Positions 28,956-41,085 of a stretch of DNA of 64,000 nucleotides are shown piece after piece. The position numbers and the translations under genes are program-made. The DNA is from the human T2T-CHM13v2.0 reference genome, Homo sapiens: assembly GCF_009914755.1 (NCBI RefSeq), contig NC_060932.1; one strand, given 5' to 3'. The notes beneath the pieces are model-generated. The model was not told where the DNA came from and did not search any database. It saw only the letters and a program-made list of their open reading frames with translations. Positions within the stretch are counted from its first letter, which is position 1; each line of letters opens with the position of its first letter.

Positions 28956-30159
28956 TATTATTTTTATTTTGAGTCTTTTCTATGATTTTCCTACTTATTA
29001 CTGACTTCATTTCACCAACTTTTTAATCATACTAATTTAACATTTTTAATATTATTATGAAAATTACTTGTTAAACAGAATAAATACTCTGTTCAACAAA
29101 CATTCATCAAATAGTAACCATTTGGCAGCCCTAAGCATTAAGGATGGAAAGAATTATGGTATGGTTCCAGCCTTCAAGATTGCCACAGCCTTCCATGAGA
29201 TATAAATATAATACTAATTATAAACAGTATAATTATAGCTATGAAAAAATTATAGACTATATTAAAAATTATATACTGTAGGAGTGCAGAAGAGGAAGTA
29301 ATTCCTTCGTCTAATGGTAAATATTAAGGTGGGTAAAATGTTAAAAACTTGTTGATGAAATACATTTGGAAGGAAAAAAATAAGTTTCTCCATGTCCAGA
29401 GTAAGTGCAGAGCAGAGACTCTATATAGTAAAATATGTGGGCAGTATGCAGGAAGGTACCAAGTTTCCCAGACAATGGTAGGTTTGGGAATGGCTTGACT
29501 GTGTTTCCTGAAGTTCAGTTCTTCGTCTATTTATCGTTTTATTGTACTTGCTCTATTTGAATGGGATTTTTTTCTGTCACTTGTTTTAACTACTGTTGAC
29601 ATGATAGTGATGCTAAGATCTATATATGCAGCCTCTACCTCTCTCTTTAATTTCAGCCACGCAAATCTGATTATTTGCTAAATCTAGTTTTCTCAGTTAC
29701 TACACAGACGGCTCAAAACCCACCAAGCCAAAGTCATCAAAATCTCCTCAGGTTGTATTCTTAATCTCTGAGAAAAGCATGACAACTGATCTATATGTGA
29801 ATATTTAAATGTAATTTTTAGGTTCCTTTTTCCTATGTCTCTTTTTTCAACAACTCAGAAGTTTTGTCAATTTTTTTGTTTTAATTGTTTCCACAATTTA
29901 TTCAGTCCTTTTCCTCCTTATAGCTATTCCAGTCCAAACTTCTTTATTAACATCAGTTAGCAACTCTATCTATGGCGATGGCCTCCTTGGTGCTGTCTAC
30001 CTCTAGTCTCCTCTGAATGTATTTTCTAGGCAAAGATCATTTTCTTGGCTTCAGAGGCACCAGAAATATTTAGAAAATTTTTCAAGACATATTGTAATTA
30101 GTAGTTTACATGACTTGTCTATTGCGCTGTAAGTCATTGAAATAGAAATTCACAAAAGA

Positions 30160-30334
30160 TAGTTCATGGGTCACACGATTTAGAACCTCGGGATACATAT
30201 TTAAAATTACAAGTATTGTCACCCATCCCAGGTCGACTGAGGTATAACCTTATAGCTATGAGACTTAGGAATCTGCCTTTCAAAACAAGCACTTTATGTG
30301 ACTTTTATAAACTGTAAAGTTAGTGAACCACTGC
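30160..30334. mobile_element. Degenerate MER5-like hAT element
   Basis: aggaatctgcctttcaaaacaagcact…aaagttagtgaaccactg resembles the MER5 terminus. Confidence 0.5.
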
Positions 30335-30659
30335 TGTGATAAACAGAAAGTTTTAATTACTTTTCTATCTTATTACATGCATAGTGAATATGGGAGAAGA
30401 AAAAAGCAAATAAGCATAAAACAAATGATGAATGAATGTAGAAGACATTAGAAGATGAGGCAGGAAAGACAAGAATGGGCCAAATTTTCAAGGGCCTGGA
30501 ATTCCACTCCAAGGAATTTGAGTCTTTGCCGTTAGACTAGTGGTAGCCTACTTAAAGAAAGAAAGAAGGCAGTGTTGTGGAGTAGACACATATTTCCAGT
30601 CCTGTGTTTACCACTTACAGGTCTAGCAATAGAACAACTACTTTGTAGAGTGTAGTTCA

Positions 30660-31095
30660 TACTTCTGCAGAAGCCTGCTTATGGACTTTTGGGTTGTTTC
30701 CAGTTTTGGGGTAGCATGAGAAAGTCTCTTAAGAACACTTGTCTTCAAGACATTGCGTGGCATATGTTCTCGTATTTCCTGGATAGATACCTAGAAACAG
30801 AATGACTTGGTCTTATGGTAAGGTACATTGAATATTTTAAGAAACTGCAGAATTTGTTTATTTAATGCAAAATCTGAAAACAAGTTTAATGAGGCATACT
30901 TAATATATAAAAACTGCACATATGTAAAGTGTACAATTTGATTAGGTGTATGTATACACCTATCTCTACAATAAAAATCATTTCATCTAGAAAAATAAAA
31001 GAAACTGCAGAGCAATTTTCCAAGAAGTAATTGTACAATTTTGCAGTTCTACCAGCCATGTATGAGAAGGAGCTCCAAATCTTCACCAATAATCA
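30660..31095 (-). mobile_element. Ancient L1M fragment interrupted by a TSD-flanked ~147-bp insertion
   Basis: atggacttttgggttgtttccagttttggg…ttttaagaaactgcag|…|agcaattttccaagaagtaattgtacaattttgcagttctaccagcc. Confidence 0.7.
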
Positions 31096-31739
31096 ATATT
31101 TAGTTCTTGGTAAAAACATTTAATACTTTAATATTTAATAATATTCTTATAAAATGTTATTACAATGATCAGGAGAGATAAAAGGTAGAAGTGCTTTTTT
31201 AAATTGTGAAGTCCTGTGCAAGTAGTAGAAGTTATTACTGCAGTGGATCCTCTATCTTGCAGGCATAGAAATGTTTATAGGTCTTGCTATAATGTCGCTT
31301 GAATCGCATTTTAAATTCTCGAGGGATTTTTGTTGCATCACTAAAGAGATTATTTTTATACCACACTTTAGAGAGTTTTTGAATTAGTTTTGCTAATAAT
31401 AAGAGGTTACAGTTTCCTGATGTCAAATTGGAAGAAAAAGTTAGACATGCCAAGCTGTCTGCTTTAGAACAAAAATGGTTACTTAAGTGGAATTTAAGAT
31501 TGGTGAAGTAAAAGGATTCAAAACCAACACCAGGCATGATTTATTGAGTAAAAATTTAATGACGAAAGTTGTTCTCCCACAGTTTGAAAATCACTTGACC
31601 CAGATATATCCCAAATGCATGCCGGCTGGGTTATGTAGTGGTTTAACTGTCCTAGAGTCTGCAAGCTGCAGCAGACCATTCATTTAACAATATTTCTGCA
31701 GAAATATTAAAACTCAATTAACAATCTGCATAGAAAAAC

Positions 31740-32690
31740 TATTTTTATTTAAACATCAAATCAACTTTATTAAGGTGTGCATGATATTGAAATGCAGAAT
31801 TCAGTGAACTTGACAAATGAATACATCTTTACAAACATCCCACTAGTCACTGTTTTTCCCCTCATTTTTTTTTATTTTTTTGCTGAATAACATTCCACTG
31901 TATGATAGATCTTGTTCTGTTTATCTGTTCATCTGCTTGTGGGCATTTTAGTCATTTACAGTATTTGGCTTGTGTGAAGAAGGCTCTTAAGAACATTTGT
32001 CTTCAAGACATTGTGCAACATCTGTCCTCATTTCTCTTTGAGTGGAATGCCTTGATCTTATGGTAAGATATATAAACATTTTAAGAAACTTCAGGGCAGT
32101 TTTCCAAACAAGTATTATAGTATGATTTTGTATTTCACCTGTCATGTCTGAAAGTTCCAGTGGCTCCAAATCCTCACAAACAATCAATATTCATTATTTT
32201 TGTTTGTTGGTTGGTTTCGATTTTAGCCTTTCTAGTGAACATGGACTGGTATCTCACTGAGATTTCAATTTGCATTTCCTTAATTAGTAATGATTTTTGG
32301 CATCTTTCCACATGATAATCAACCATTCATAGGCCTTTTGTATCTTATGTCTGCTCAAACCTTTTGCCAATGTTTTCTGAGTTGTTCTTGTTCCAGTTTT
32401 AGTGTTGAAGAGTTCTTTATATATTAGATACAAGTCTTCCTGTATCCAATGAGTTACAAATATTTTCTTCCAGTCAGTGGCTTGTGTTCTTATTTGCCTA
32501 ACAATAGCTTTCAAAAAGGAAAAGTTTCTAATTTTGACAAAGTCCACTTGATAATTTTTATACATTCTTGATTTTTGTGCCTATGAAACCTTTGTCTATC
32601 CCACAGTCCCCAAAAATCTCACCTGTATTTTCTTCCACACATTTTACAGTTAGCTTTTGTATTTATGTCTGTGGCCCATTTTAAGTTCCC
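31740..32690 (-). mobile_element. Ancient L1M (L1ME-like) fragment
   Basis: ttgctgaataacattccactgtatg…tggtatctcactgagatttcaatttgcatttcctt. ORF 32284-32565 contains QATDWKKIF, an L1 ORF2 motif. Confidence 0.8.
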
Positions 32691-33119
32691 TAATTCTTTC
32701 ACTTAAACACATATGGAACAAAACATTAGTTGAGGAATGCCTTACTTAAGGGGAGTTAAGGTATTCAATACTTACCTTTATGTATTCATGATGTATTAGA
32801 TGCCACCCCCCAACCTAAAGGAGCTTTATGTTAAGGTCCTCAAATCATTCAGAAATGTTTTATGTAGAAAGTGGTGCTTATTAAGCATGCAAATTTCTAT
32901 TTATGAATTTCCTATCCTCTGACAAATGAAAATCCTCGGGTCCAGTGAAGAATCCTGAGGTCCAATGAAAATACCTCTTGTCATTTGCCCCCAAAATACC
33001 ACAAAAGATGTAAGAACAGTAGACATTACAATAGTCACTAGTTTCTACCAGTAATTCCGTAATCTTCAATAAACTTCATACCTCTAGTGGGAGAATCCCT
33101 TTTTTGCATTCTTGGAGGG

Positions 33120-33340
33120 GATAGTAATGATAGCAGCTAACATTTCTTTAGTTTTTATTTCATCTCTGGTGTTGACACAGTAATATTGCATAAAAATAAT
33201 GTACTAATTTATATCTCACAATAACATTGTCAAGTTACAGTAATATTATTTCCACTCTTTGAAGAGAAAACACAAGTATAGAGAAGTTACATGACTTAAC
33301 CAAGTCACATAGCCATAAGTGGCAGAATTAGGATGATGTT
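33120..33340 (-). mobile_element. MIR SINE
   Basis: atagcagctaacattt…agagaagttacatgacttaaccaagtcacatagccataagtggcagaattagga. Confidence 0.65.
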
Positions 33341-33873
33341 TTTAATACTTAGACAGCAAGTTGTTCTTAAGGGAATAGTAATGTGCATGACTTTCTGAAC
33401 TCACATAAATACACTAACTTTGAGGATAGTTATACAATTTGGAGGAATACCATTCTGTTTTTCTTCATTAACATCCCTTTCTCTTTGTAGAAAAATTTAG
33501 GTTTTAAGTGGTAGAAACTCAACTCAAACTAGTTTAAGCAATGCAATACATTTGTTGACTCATGAAACTGAGACAATGGCTGAGGAATTTTGTCAGAGAA
33601 CTAACAATAATATAAAAACAAACTGGAAGAATCCTGGTGTCAGGGTCAGCTACCAACATTTTTTCTCCCTCTTTTTCCTTCCTCTTTTTCCACTTCATCT
33701 GTCCATTTGTCTCTTCTACATTTTAAATGTAGGATTTAATGTCTCCTACTGTAAATAGACATTGTTCCTACATTGTGACGCCAGAATGCAAGGTTTCTTT
33801 ACCCAAGGGGAAACAGGCTTTGCTATCCTGCTGTTCATACATTTCTAGGAAGAGCTTTGATTTGCCCTCATGC

Positions 33874-34412
33874 TGTATTATTTATTGCTGTGTAACAAAT
33901 GACCACAAACGTAGCAGTTTAAATAATGCAAATTTATTATTTTAACTCCAGTGGGACAAGAATCCAGACACAGTTTAGTTGGATGCTTTGCTTCAGTGTC
34001 TGTCACAGACTGCGATCAAGGGCTAGGCTGTCATCTGGAAGCCTGACTGAAGAAGAATCCACTTTGAAGCTCACAGGGTTGTGGGCTGGGCTTGCTTCCT
34101 TGCAGGCTGTTGAGCTGAGGGCCTTAGTTTCTTGCTGACTATTATGAGGAGGCCGCTCTCACTTCCTTGCCAAAGGGCCTTGCGATACGGTGACTTACGT
34201 TATCAAAGACAACTGGGGAAGAAGTCAATAGAGAGTTTTCTCGCAAGATGGAAGTTAAAATCTTGTGCAATGTAATCACAGAAGCAGCACCCTTTTACCT
34301 CTGCTATATTCTATTGATTAGAAGAAAGTCATTGTTGCTGCTCATGCTCAGTGGGTGGCGATGATACAGGGACATTAACAGCAGAAATGGGGATACTTGG
34401 GGGCCACCATTT
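33874..34412 (-). mobile_element. MLT1 (E/F-like) MaLR solo LTR
   Basis: tgtattatttattgctgtgtaacaaatgaccacaaacgtagcagtttaaa…ggctgtcatctggaagcctgactg…tgggggccacc. Confidence 0.8.
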
Positions 34413-34939
34413 GGACTGGAGAAAAATTAGTTATCCATCTCACTAGAACTCCTCAAGGATGTTATTCTTTTATCCTTAAGGATAAAAGGAATATGGTCTA
34501 TGACTGTTCAAGCCTAAGTCAATTATCCTGTCTCTGGGTCCATGGGGGCCACATGTGTTACCAAATAAAGAGAAGCAGAAAATTTTCTGTGGAGGAAAAT
34601 TAGTTATCCCACTGGAACTCCTCAAGTCCAAAATTAAGTTCTTATCTGTCTCTTCAAAACTAATTTTATGTATATCAGTTTCATGTATCATATTTTAAAT
34701 TTATTCAGAACTTAACTATTTGGAGAACTTTTGTCCTGATTTCCAATTTGTGAATTTTATAATTGGAAAAGAAAACCATTAATCTACCCTGAAGTAAATG
34801 AATTGATCAAAATATGTTGGTTTTGAATATATATTTGTATTAATCAAAGAGAATGGCTGTCTCTAGATTCAGAGTTTCTTAGCAAAATGGTCAGTGCTGC
34901 ATTTAAGGGAAAATATGATCGACCTTATATTTTATTTGC

Positions 34940-35485
34940 TTTTCAGCTTTACTGAGATATAATTGACAAATAAAAATTAAATATATTGGCTGGGCATGGT
35001 GGCTCATGCCTGTAATCCCAGCAATTTGGGAGGCCGAGGTGGGTGGGTCACGAGGTCAGGAGTTCGAGACCAGCATGGCCAATATGGCAAAACCTCATTT
35101 CTACTAAAAATACAAAAATTAGCTGGGTGTAGTGGCACGCACCTGTGGTACTAGCTACTCGGGCGACTGAGGGAGAAGAATCGCTTGAACCCGGGAGGAG
35201 GAGGGTTCGAGTGAGCCGAGATCATACCACTGTACTCCAGCCTGGGTGACAGAGAGAGATTCTGTCTCAAAAAAAAAAAAAAAAATTAAATATGTTAAAG
35301 ATGTACACTGTGATGCTTTGATATATGTATACATTACAAAATGATTACCACAATCAAGTTAATTAAGATATCCATCACTTCACATAGTTACCTTGTTTAT
35401 GTGTGTGTGTGTGTGTAGTGTTGAGAATACTTATGAACTACTCTTTCACCAAATTTCAAGTATATGCTACATTATTATTAACAAT
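34940..35485 (-). mobile_element. L1MA 3' end fragment, interrupted by an Alu
   Basis: cagctttactgagatataattgacaaataaaaatt|Alu|…aaatgattaccacaatcaagttaattaagatatccatcacttcacatagttacc. Confidence 0.85.
34988..35280 (+). mobile_element. Alu SINE, AluSg-like
   Basis: ggctgggcatggtggctcatgcc…tcacgaggtcaggagttcgagacc, poly-A tail, TSD aaaaattaaatat(a/g)tt. Confidence 0.95.
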
Positions 35486-35659
35486 AGATTTAATAGACTT
35501 TAAATCTTTGTTTTTACTTATTTTTTATAAGTAACATTTGAAAGTCAATTATATTCTGTGAGTAGGTTCTAGGGAATTTCCTATATAGTATCTCATTTAT
35601 TTCTTATAACAATCCTTGCAATTAAGTAGAATAGCTGCCATTTTATAAAAACAGAAGCT

Positions 35660-36185
35660 AGGTTGATGACAACGTGGATGTGTGTTAGTCAGCAGAGATG
35701 ACTTAGAAGGAAGTGTCAGAACAGGGGAAAACCACAAGAGTGTGATGCTCCAGAAGAGAGCTACTGTGCAATATGTAGTCTAAGATGTCTCAGAATAATC
35801 AGATAAAAATAGACCAATAGCATTTAGCAACACAGAGATCATTGGTGACCAGTGAGAAGATGTTGTCAGTGTGTGTTGGAAACAGAAGTCAGTAAGGAGT
35901 GTGCTGAGAAGTGAGGAGAAGAATAAAACTGGATATGGTGAGTAGGTATTTCAGGAAATTTGTCTATAGGAGGGAGAAAACAGACAAGGGATAATAATTG
36001 AGGGGAGAGAATTTTTGTATTTTTGTTTGTTTAATGAGTGTGTGATTTTAAGGTAGGAGACAATTGAGAAACTTAAATGCTGATTGGAAGGATTGGGTAA
36101 GCAGCAAGAGGTAAAAGATATAAGAAAGAAATTATCTGTAGTTCTTGAGAAGGGAGGAGGGGATGTGATTCAGAGCACAGGTGGA
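35660..36185 (-). mobile_element. Degenerate L2 LINE
   Basis: atttagcaacacagagatcattggtgacc…ggaaacagaagtcag…gctgagaagtga resembles antisense L2. Confidence 0.55.
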
Positions 36186-36329
36186 ACAGTTTCTCAGAGA
36201 CACAAAATAAGTAAGTTTGAAGCCAGGACTTGCCCCAGGTTTTCATCCAAAAAAGGACAAATTCACTTTGAGAGCAAGATGAACATTTTTCATTTTTACA
36301 CTTTCCCTTCTCTTTCCATAGACATGGCC

Positions 36330-36335
<6 letters not shown>

Positions 36336-36371
<36 letters not shown>
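36336..36371. repeat. (GT)n microsatellite, ~18 units
   Basis: Directly visible. Confidence 0.98.
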
Positions 36372-36372
<1 letters not shown>

Positions 36373-39300
36373 CCTGAGCTAGTTCATCTATTATTCCCCA
36401 AGGAGCTCTTTTAAATGAACCAAAAAGTAAATGCAGTATGGATAAATAGGATAAATATGAGGAATATTGTGTTTTTGGCAAGTTAACAGTTCTGCTTGAA
36501 TAGAGACTAGATATTAAGGTCAGAAATTGAAGGAGGTGATAATTTCTTGAGAAACAGCTCCAAGTCAGTTCTAGTTATAAAGTCCTTATTTTAAGCAGAA
36601 AATAATATGAGCAGCAGGAAGTGGGAGATAAGCCAGAAGATCGTCATAAGATTACCCAGAAAGCTTTGACGATTTAAACTAGCCTTAACGTCACTAACTT
36701 TCTCTGTCTAAACATAGATAGCGTTAGAAAGTATTACCAGATAAAAAGAGCTTCCAATTTCACTCAGTACTCAGTTATTCGCTCCCAGGTACACACAAGA
36801 CAGAGAAGTCCCCTGCTCCCAATTAGTGCTTTGGTGCTTTTTATATTATTATGAGAGGACATAAATTACATTTTAAATGCAATAAAATCACCTTCAGTAA
36901 TGGTTTATGATACCTACAACTAATTTTGTGATCTCAACAATCCATACAATTGCTCTAAACCTTAGATTTCTCTCCACTAAAGTAAGAAATGTATACAATA
37001 ATCTCTAAGATTCCCTTAGCTTTATACAGTTGAATGTTTCTAAGTTAATAATTAAGTCTTTCCACAGGAAGAGTGACATCTCTAAAACTCAATGCAGAAA
37101 TCCTCTTATCTAGGTAAGGGTGTTTCTTGTTGAGGGTGGGATGCAATGAAGAGACTGGGGATTAGCTCCCAAAACCAGGAGACAAGAGTTTACACCCCAG
37201 ACACTCTATGAATACAGAGTACAGTTGAGCTAAGGACAGTAGGCCACAGAGGGAAAGGCTAGCATCTTTTCAAAACAAAGGCTGAAAGCAGATAGAGAAA
37301 GCAAAAGTATAAAGAGCCCAGGGGTAAAAAAATCCTAAAGCAATAGGTAAGGAGATTGAATAAGTGGTGAATAGACTGGGCAATATATGGATCCAAATTC
37401 TTGCCTTTGCCTGTATTTTATGTGTTTACTGTGGCATTGTATTTGGAGGGGTTCCAATGTTCAATGGGTAGACCTATTTGAACTTCAGGTTCTAAAAGTT
37501 CCTCAGATTACAGAGTGTTCAAGAGAGTGACAGTTAATAACCAAAAATAAATATTATATGTATCAGTTCAGAATCTCTTTTAGAGGCAAATAGCAAGCAG
37601 AAAGACCAACTCAAATTGACTTTAAATGCGAAATTATTGGCTTAACTAACTGAAAACTCAGGATTAAGACTTAGTTATAGACAGAGCATACATTATTAGA
37701 GACTTAAAAAAATGTCATTGTGGGTACTTTTAGCCCTTGCCACCTTCTCCAGTCTGAGAGTTGGGCAGGAATGAGTAATACCCCAAAGAAAAATCAGCTT
37801 ACTGCCAGTGCAGCAGGGGTTATGGAGCCTCAGAGCAAAACAAGGAACGTCTCCTACATGATGGCGAATATCGGTGTCCGCTCCCCTTCCTTACCTACTC
37901 AGGATGTCTTAGCAAATCTCAGTTCAGCCCTAATGGACAGGAAAAAAATTGCCCTCCTCCTTACCATGACTGATGTGCAGTTGTGTCCTTTGGACCCAAG
38001 GGTCTTCAGTCATTCAAAAAGAAATTATTCCCATAGAATAGCCATGTAATTAAGAATGCAGGGACACAAAGAACTGGTAGGAGGCTGCTTCTATGCCAAG
38101 ATTTCAAGGTAATTTCTCACCTGGGTTATAATATAAAGTTCATATGAGACAATATTTATTCCTGTTCCGTGGGCAAGCTGTCCCTGTGAGTTATTTTCTA
38201 GACCATAGAGTTAGAGTCAGTTCCCTTCACCACTTTCATAATCCTCATCTTCATGGTTCTTCTTGTTCCTGGATCCAAAACTTTTGAAACCAGGGTGTCA
38301 CTTATGACAACATTCTCAGGGATGTGACCCACATTTCTAAACTTCAAGATTCATCACTTATTTCCCTGCCTTTTTCCTAGCCTCTCTCCCTGGACGCTTT
38401 TATTTTTCAAACAGAAACTTCAAATCACAATTATTTCCATGCCCCCAGAAAACAACAACAAAAAGGACTGATCTTGAAATCCTTTCCAGCAATGCTTTCC
38501 GCCCCCCACCTCCACTGAAGGAAAACTACATTATTCTCTCCAATTAAAAGATTTGAAACAAAATAAAAATTTAATGTCAATTAGCCATGCTGTTGCATAT
38601 GCCCAGATGAGAAAAATAACACAAGTAAATTTCAGACTAATAATTTCTAGGGCTGACATCATGTTACTTAAAATGGTTATGCCCAGTCTTCCTTAGCAAT
38701 GTTCAACTCACTAGAGAAATGTCAGGGAATAAACCTTGTTCATTCTCTAGCTCGGATGTTAGACTTGAATGTAGGTGATAGTGTTACCAGAGTTCTTTTG
38801 TGGTTTTTAAATGAAATATTCAATAAAATGAAAGACTTAGGAAGAACTGGTCATTTTTCTGAGATAACATACATTGGTAACTCATGATGCGTGTGATGTT
38901 GGTGAAGAGCTCTATTTATTTTTAGAAATAAACTTTTGAACTGGAAATCTTTTTGCATTCAAGTGAAAATAGATGATCCCATAATTTGCAAGTTGTCTTG
39001 AGAGCACAAGTGCCAGAAAGGCAGAGGAGGAACAATGGAAAGGATTTCATGTGCTAAGTGAAATAGTCTATTGCTGCCTGTCATTCCATTCCTTCAAGTC
39101 ATTCTTTATCTACATGCCCTTGTCCTGCCTTCTAGACTCACACTTGCCAAATGTCTTAGGGCTGTCAGGGAAGATTTACTGGAAATAAAACAACTGCAAT
39201 AAAAGAAGGGAAGGAGGCCCAGCTTGGCAGTTCACTTACATGTGATGTTCAGATTTGGGCAAAGAGAATGTGAAATGGTTTATGACACTCCAATGTCCAA

Positions 39301-39419
39301 TACTTCTGTCACTGTAAAAATAATCTTTTTCTTTGCCTAAGAATACAGAAAGTGTTAAAGGGAGAGAAATAAGCTTTTTAAAGTACTTGTTTGTATCAGA
39401 CATTAACTAGCATATGTTT

Positions 39420-39770
39420 TTTCATATTTGCAAAGCATATATTTGATGAAGGACTTGTATTCAGAATATAAAGAATATATAAAGAATAGCTTAATAACAA
39501 CCCATTGAAACATAGGTGTAATGTGTGAGTGGACACTTCACTGAATCAGTTATATGCACGGCCAATAAACACACATAACAACCTCAATATCATTAGTCAT
39601 CAGGGAAATGCAAATTAGACCACCAAGAAATAGTACTACATACCTACTAGAATGATTGAAATTAAAAACTCGGACAACAAACGTCAGCAGAAATGTAGAG
39701 AAACCAGAACTTTCATACCTTGCTGGTGAGAATATGAAATGATACAATCCTTTTGCTAAACTGTTTGCCT
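39420..39770 (+). mobile_element. Ancient L1M ORF2 C-terminal fragment
   Basis: atttgcaaagcatatatttgatgaaggacttgtattcagaatata…catcagggaaatgcaaatta…cataccttgctggtgagaatatgaaatg. Confidence 0.8.
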
Positions 39771-39774
39771 TATT

Positions 39775-39980
39775 TATTTAGATTTTTAAAATTGATGTAT
39801 TATAGCTGTATATGTTTTTGGAGTACATGTGACATTTTGATACATGTATGCAAAGTGTAATAATCAAATTGGGGTAATAGGTATGTCCATCACCCCAAAC
39901 ATTTCTCTTTCTCTTGTGTTGAGAACATTACAATTATTCTCTTATAGCTATTTGAAATATACAATAAATTATTTTTAACA
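39775..39980 (-). mobile_element. L1MA (MA2/3-like) 3' end
   Basis: ggagtacatgtgacattttgatacatgtatgcaaagtgtaataatcaaattggggtaat…tttgaaatatacaataaattat. Confidence 0.8.
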
Positions 39981-40623
39981 AGGATACTTTACCTGTGTTT
40001 CTTCGCTTTACCCTCAAAGAAGTTAAATGCTACATACAACCTTACATCACTACGTAATTTTGTAACAGTTAACAAAGTGCTGCTGAAACATATTATTTCT
40101 CACAATAATGCCTTTCTGGGAGGCATTATTCCTATTATTTTAGTGAAGAAGAAACTGAGCCAATTTATTAACAAGGGTAATTTTGGATGATTTTGGACAC
40201 TGATGCTAACATAGTCTTTCTTTTCTTCTTAATTCTTTTCTTCTTAATTCCACATCCTTACAGTAGTGGAGAAGAATAAATGAGATATTACAGGTGAACT
40301 ATTTGTTTGTACAGTGGCTGCACATAGTATGCACTCAAGAAAAGTTCACCCTGATTTTTCAGTGAGGGTTAATGGTTTGCTCAATACCATAAAGCCAGAA
40401 TGCAGTAGGATTTAGACTCAAAGCAATTCTTCCAACTCCAAGCTCTTTCTGCTATGCTCTGTCTCCTGAACAAAAAGACCAACGCATAGAAAAATTCCAT
40501 TGTTCTAATCTTCCAGAGTGTGCACAGAGATGTACCCATGCACACATCACTACCTACCACCTCTTTCCTGGGCCATCATACTTTTCAGTCCTATTTTTTT
40601 CATGCACTTGTTTAGATACCTCT

Positions 40624-41085
40624 TACAGTAGGCAGAATAATAGACCCTAAAGTTGTCTACATCCTAATCCCTGTTACTTTACATGGCAAAAAGGACCTTA
40701 TGATAAGATTAAGGATCCTGAGATTGGGGTTTTTTACTGGATTATCCAGAGGGACCAGAGGGATCTAATATAATTACAAGAGTCTTCATAAGAGGGAGGC
40801 AGGAGTGTCAACCTAGAGAGGAGAGATAACAAAGGAAATGAAGGTTGGATTGATGGGACCATGAACCAAGGAATGCAGACATCCTCTAGAAACTGATAAA
40901 GGGCAAAAAAGAAGATTCTTTCCTAGAGTTTTCAGAAGGAACACAGCCCTGCCAACACTGAATTTCAGCCCAGTAAAACCAATTTCAGGCTTTGAACCTC
41001 CAGGACTGTAATATAATACATTTGTATTGCTCTAAGCCACTAAGTTTGTGGTAATTTGTTACAGCAGAAAAGGAAAACTAATACA
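40624..41085 (+). mobile_element. MLT1D-like MaLR solo LTR
   Basis: gtaggcagaataat…tgttactttacatggcaaaaaggac…ccaaggaatgcag…taagccactaagtttgtggtaatttgttacagcag…aactaataca. Confidence 0.88.

Noticed and set aside
31565-31635. Possible small exon after ttctcccacag
   Set aside because: The acceptor-like motif has no convincing donor and no recognisable coding sequence.
37720-38049. 109-aa ORF in non-Alu sequence
   Set aside because: Non-ATG start, no recognisable domain or splice context, and it adjoins an old MLT-like relic. The length is within chance range.
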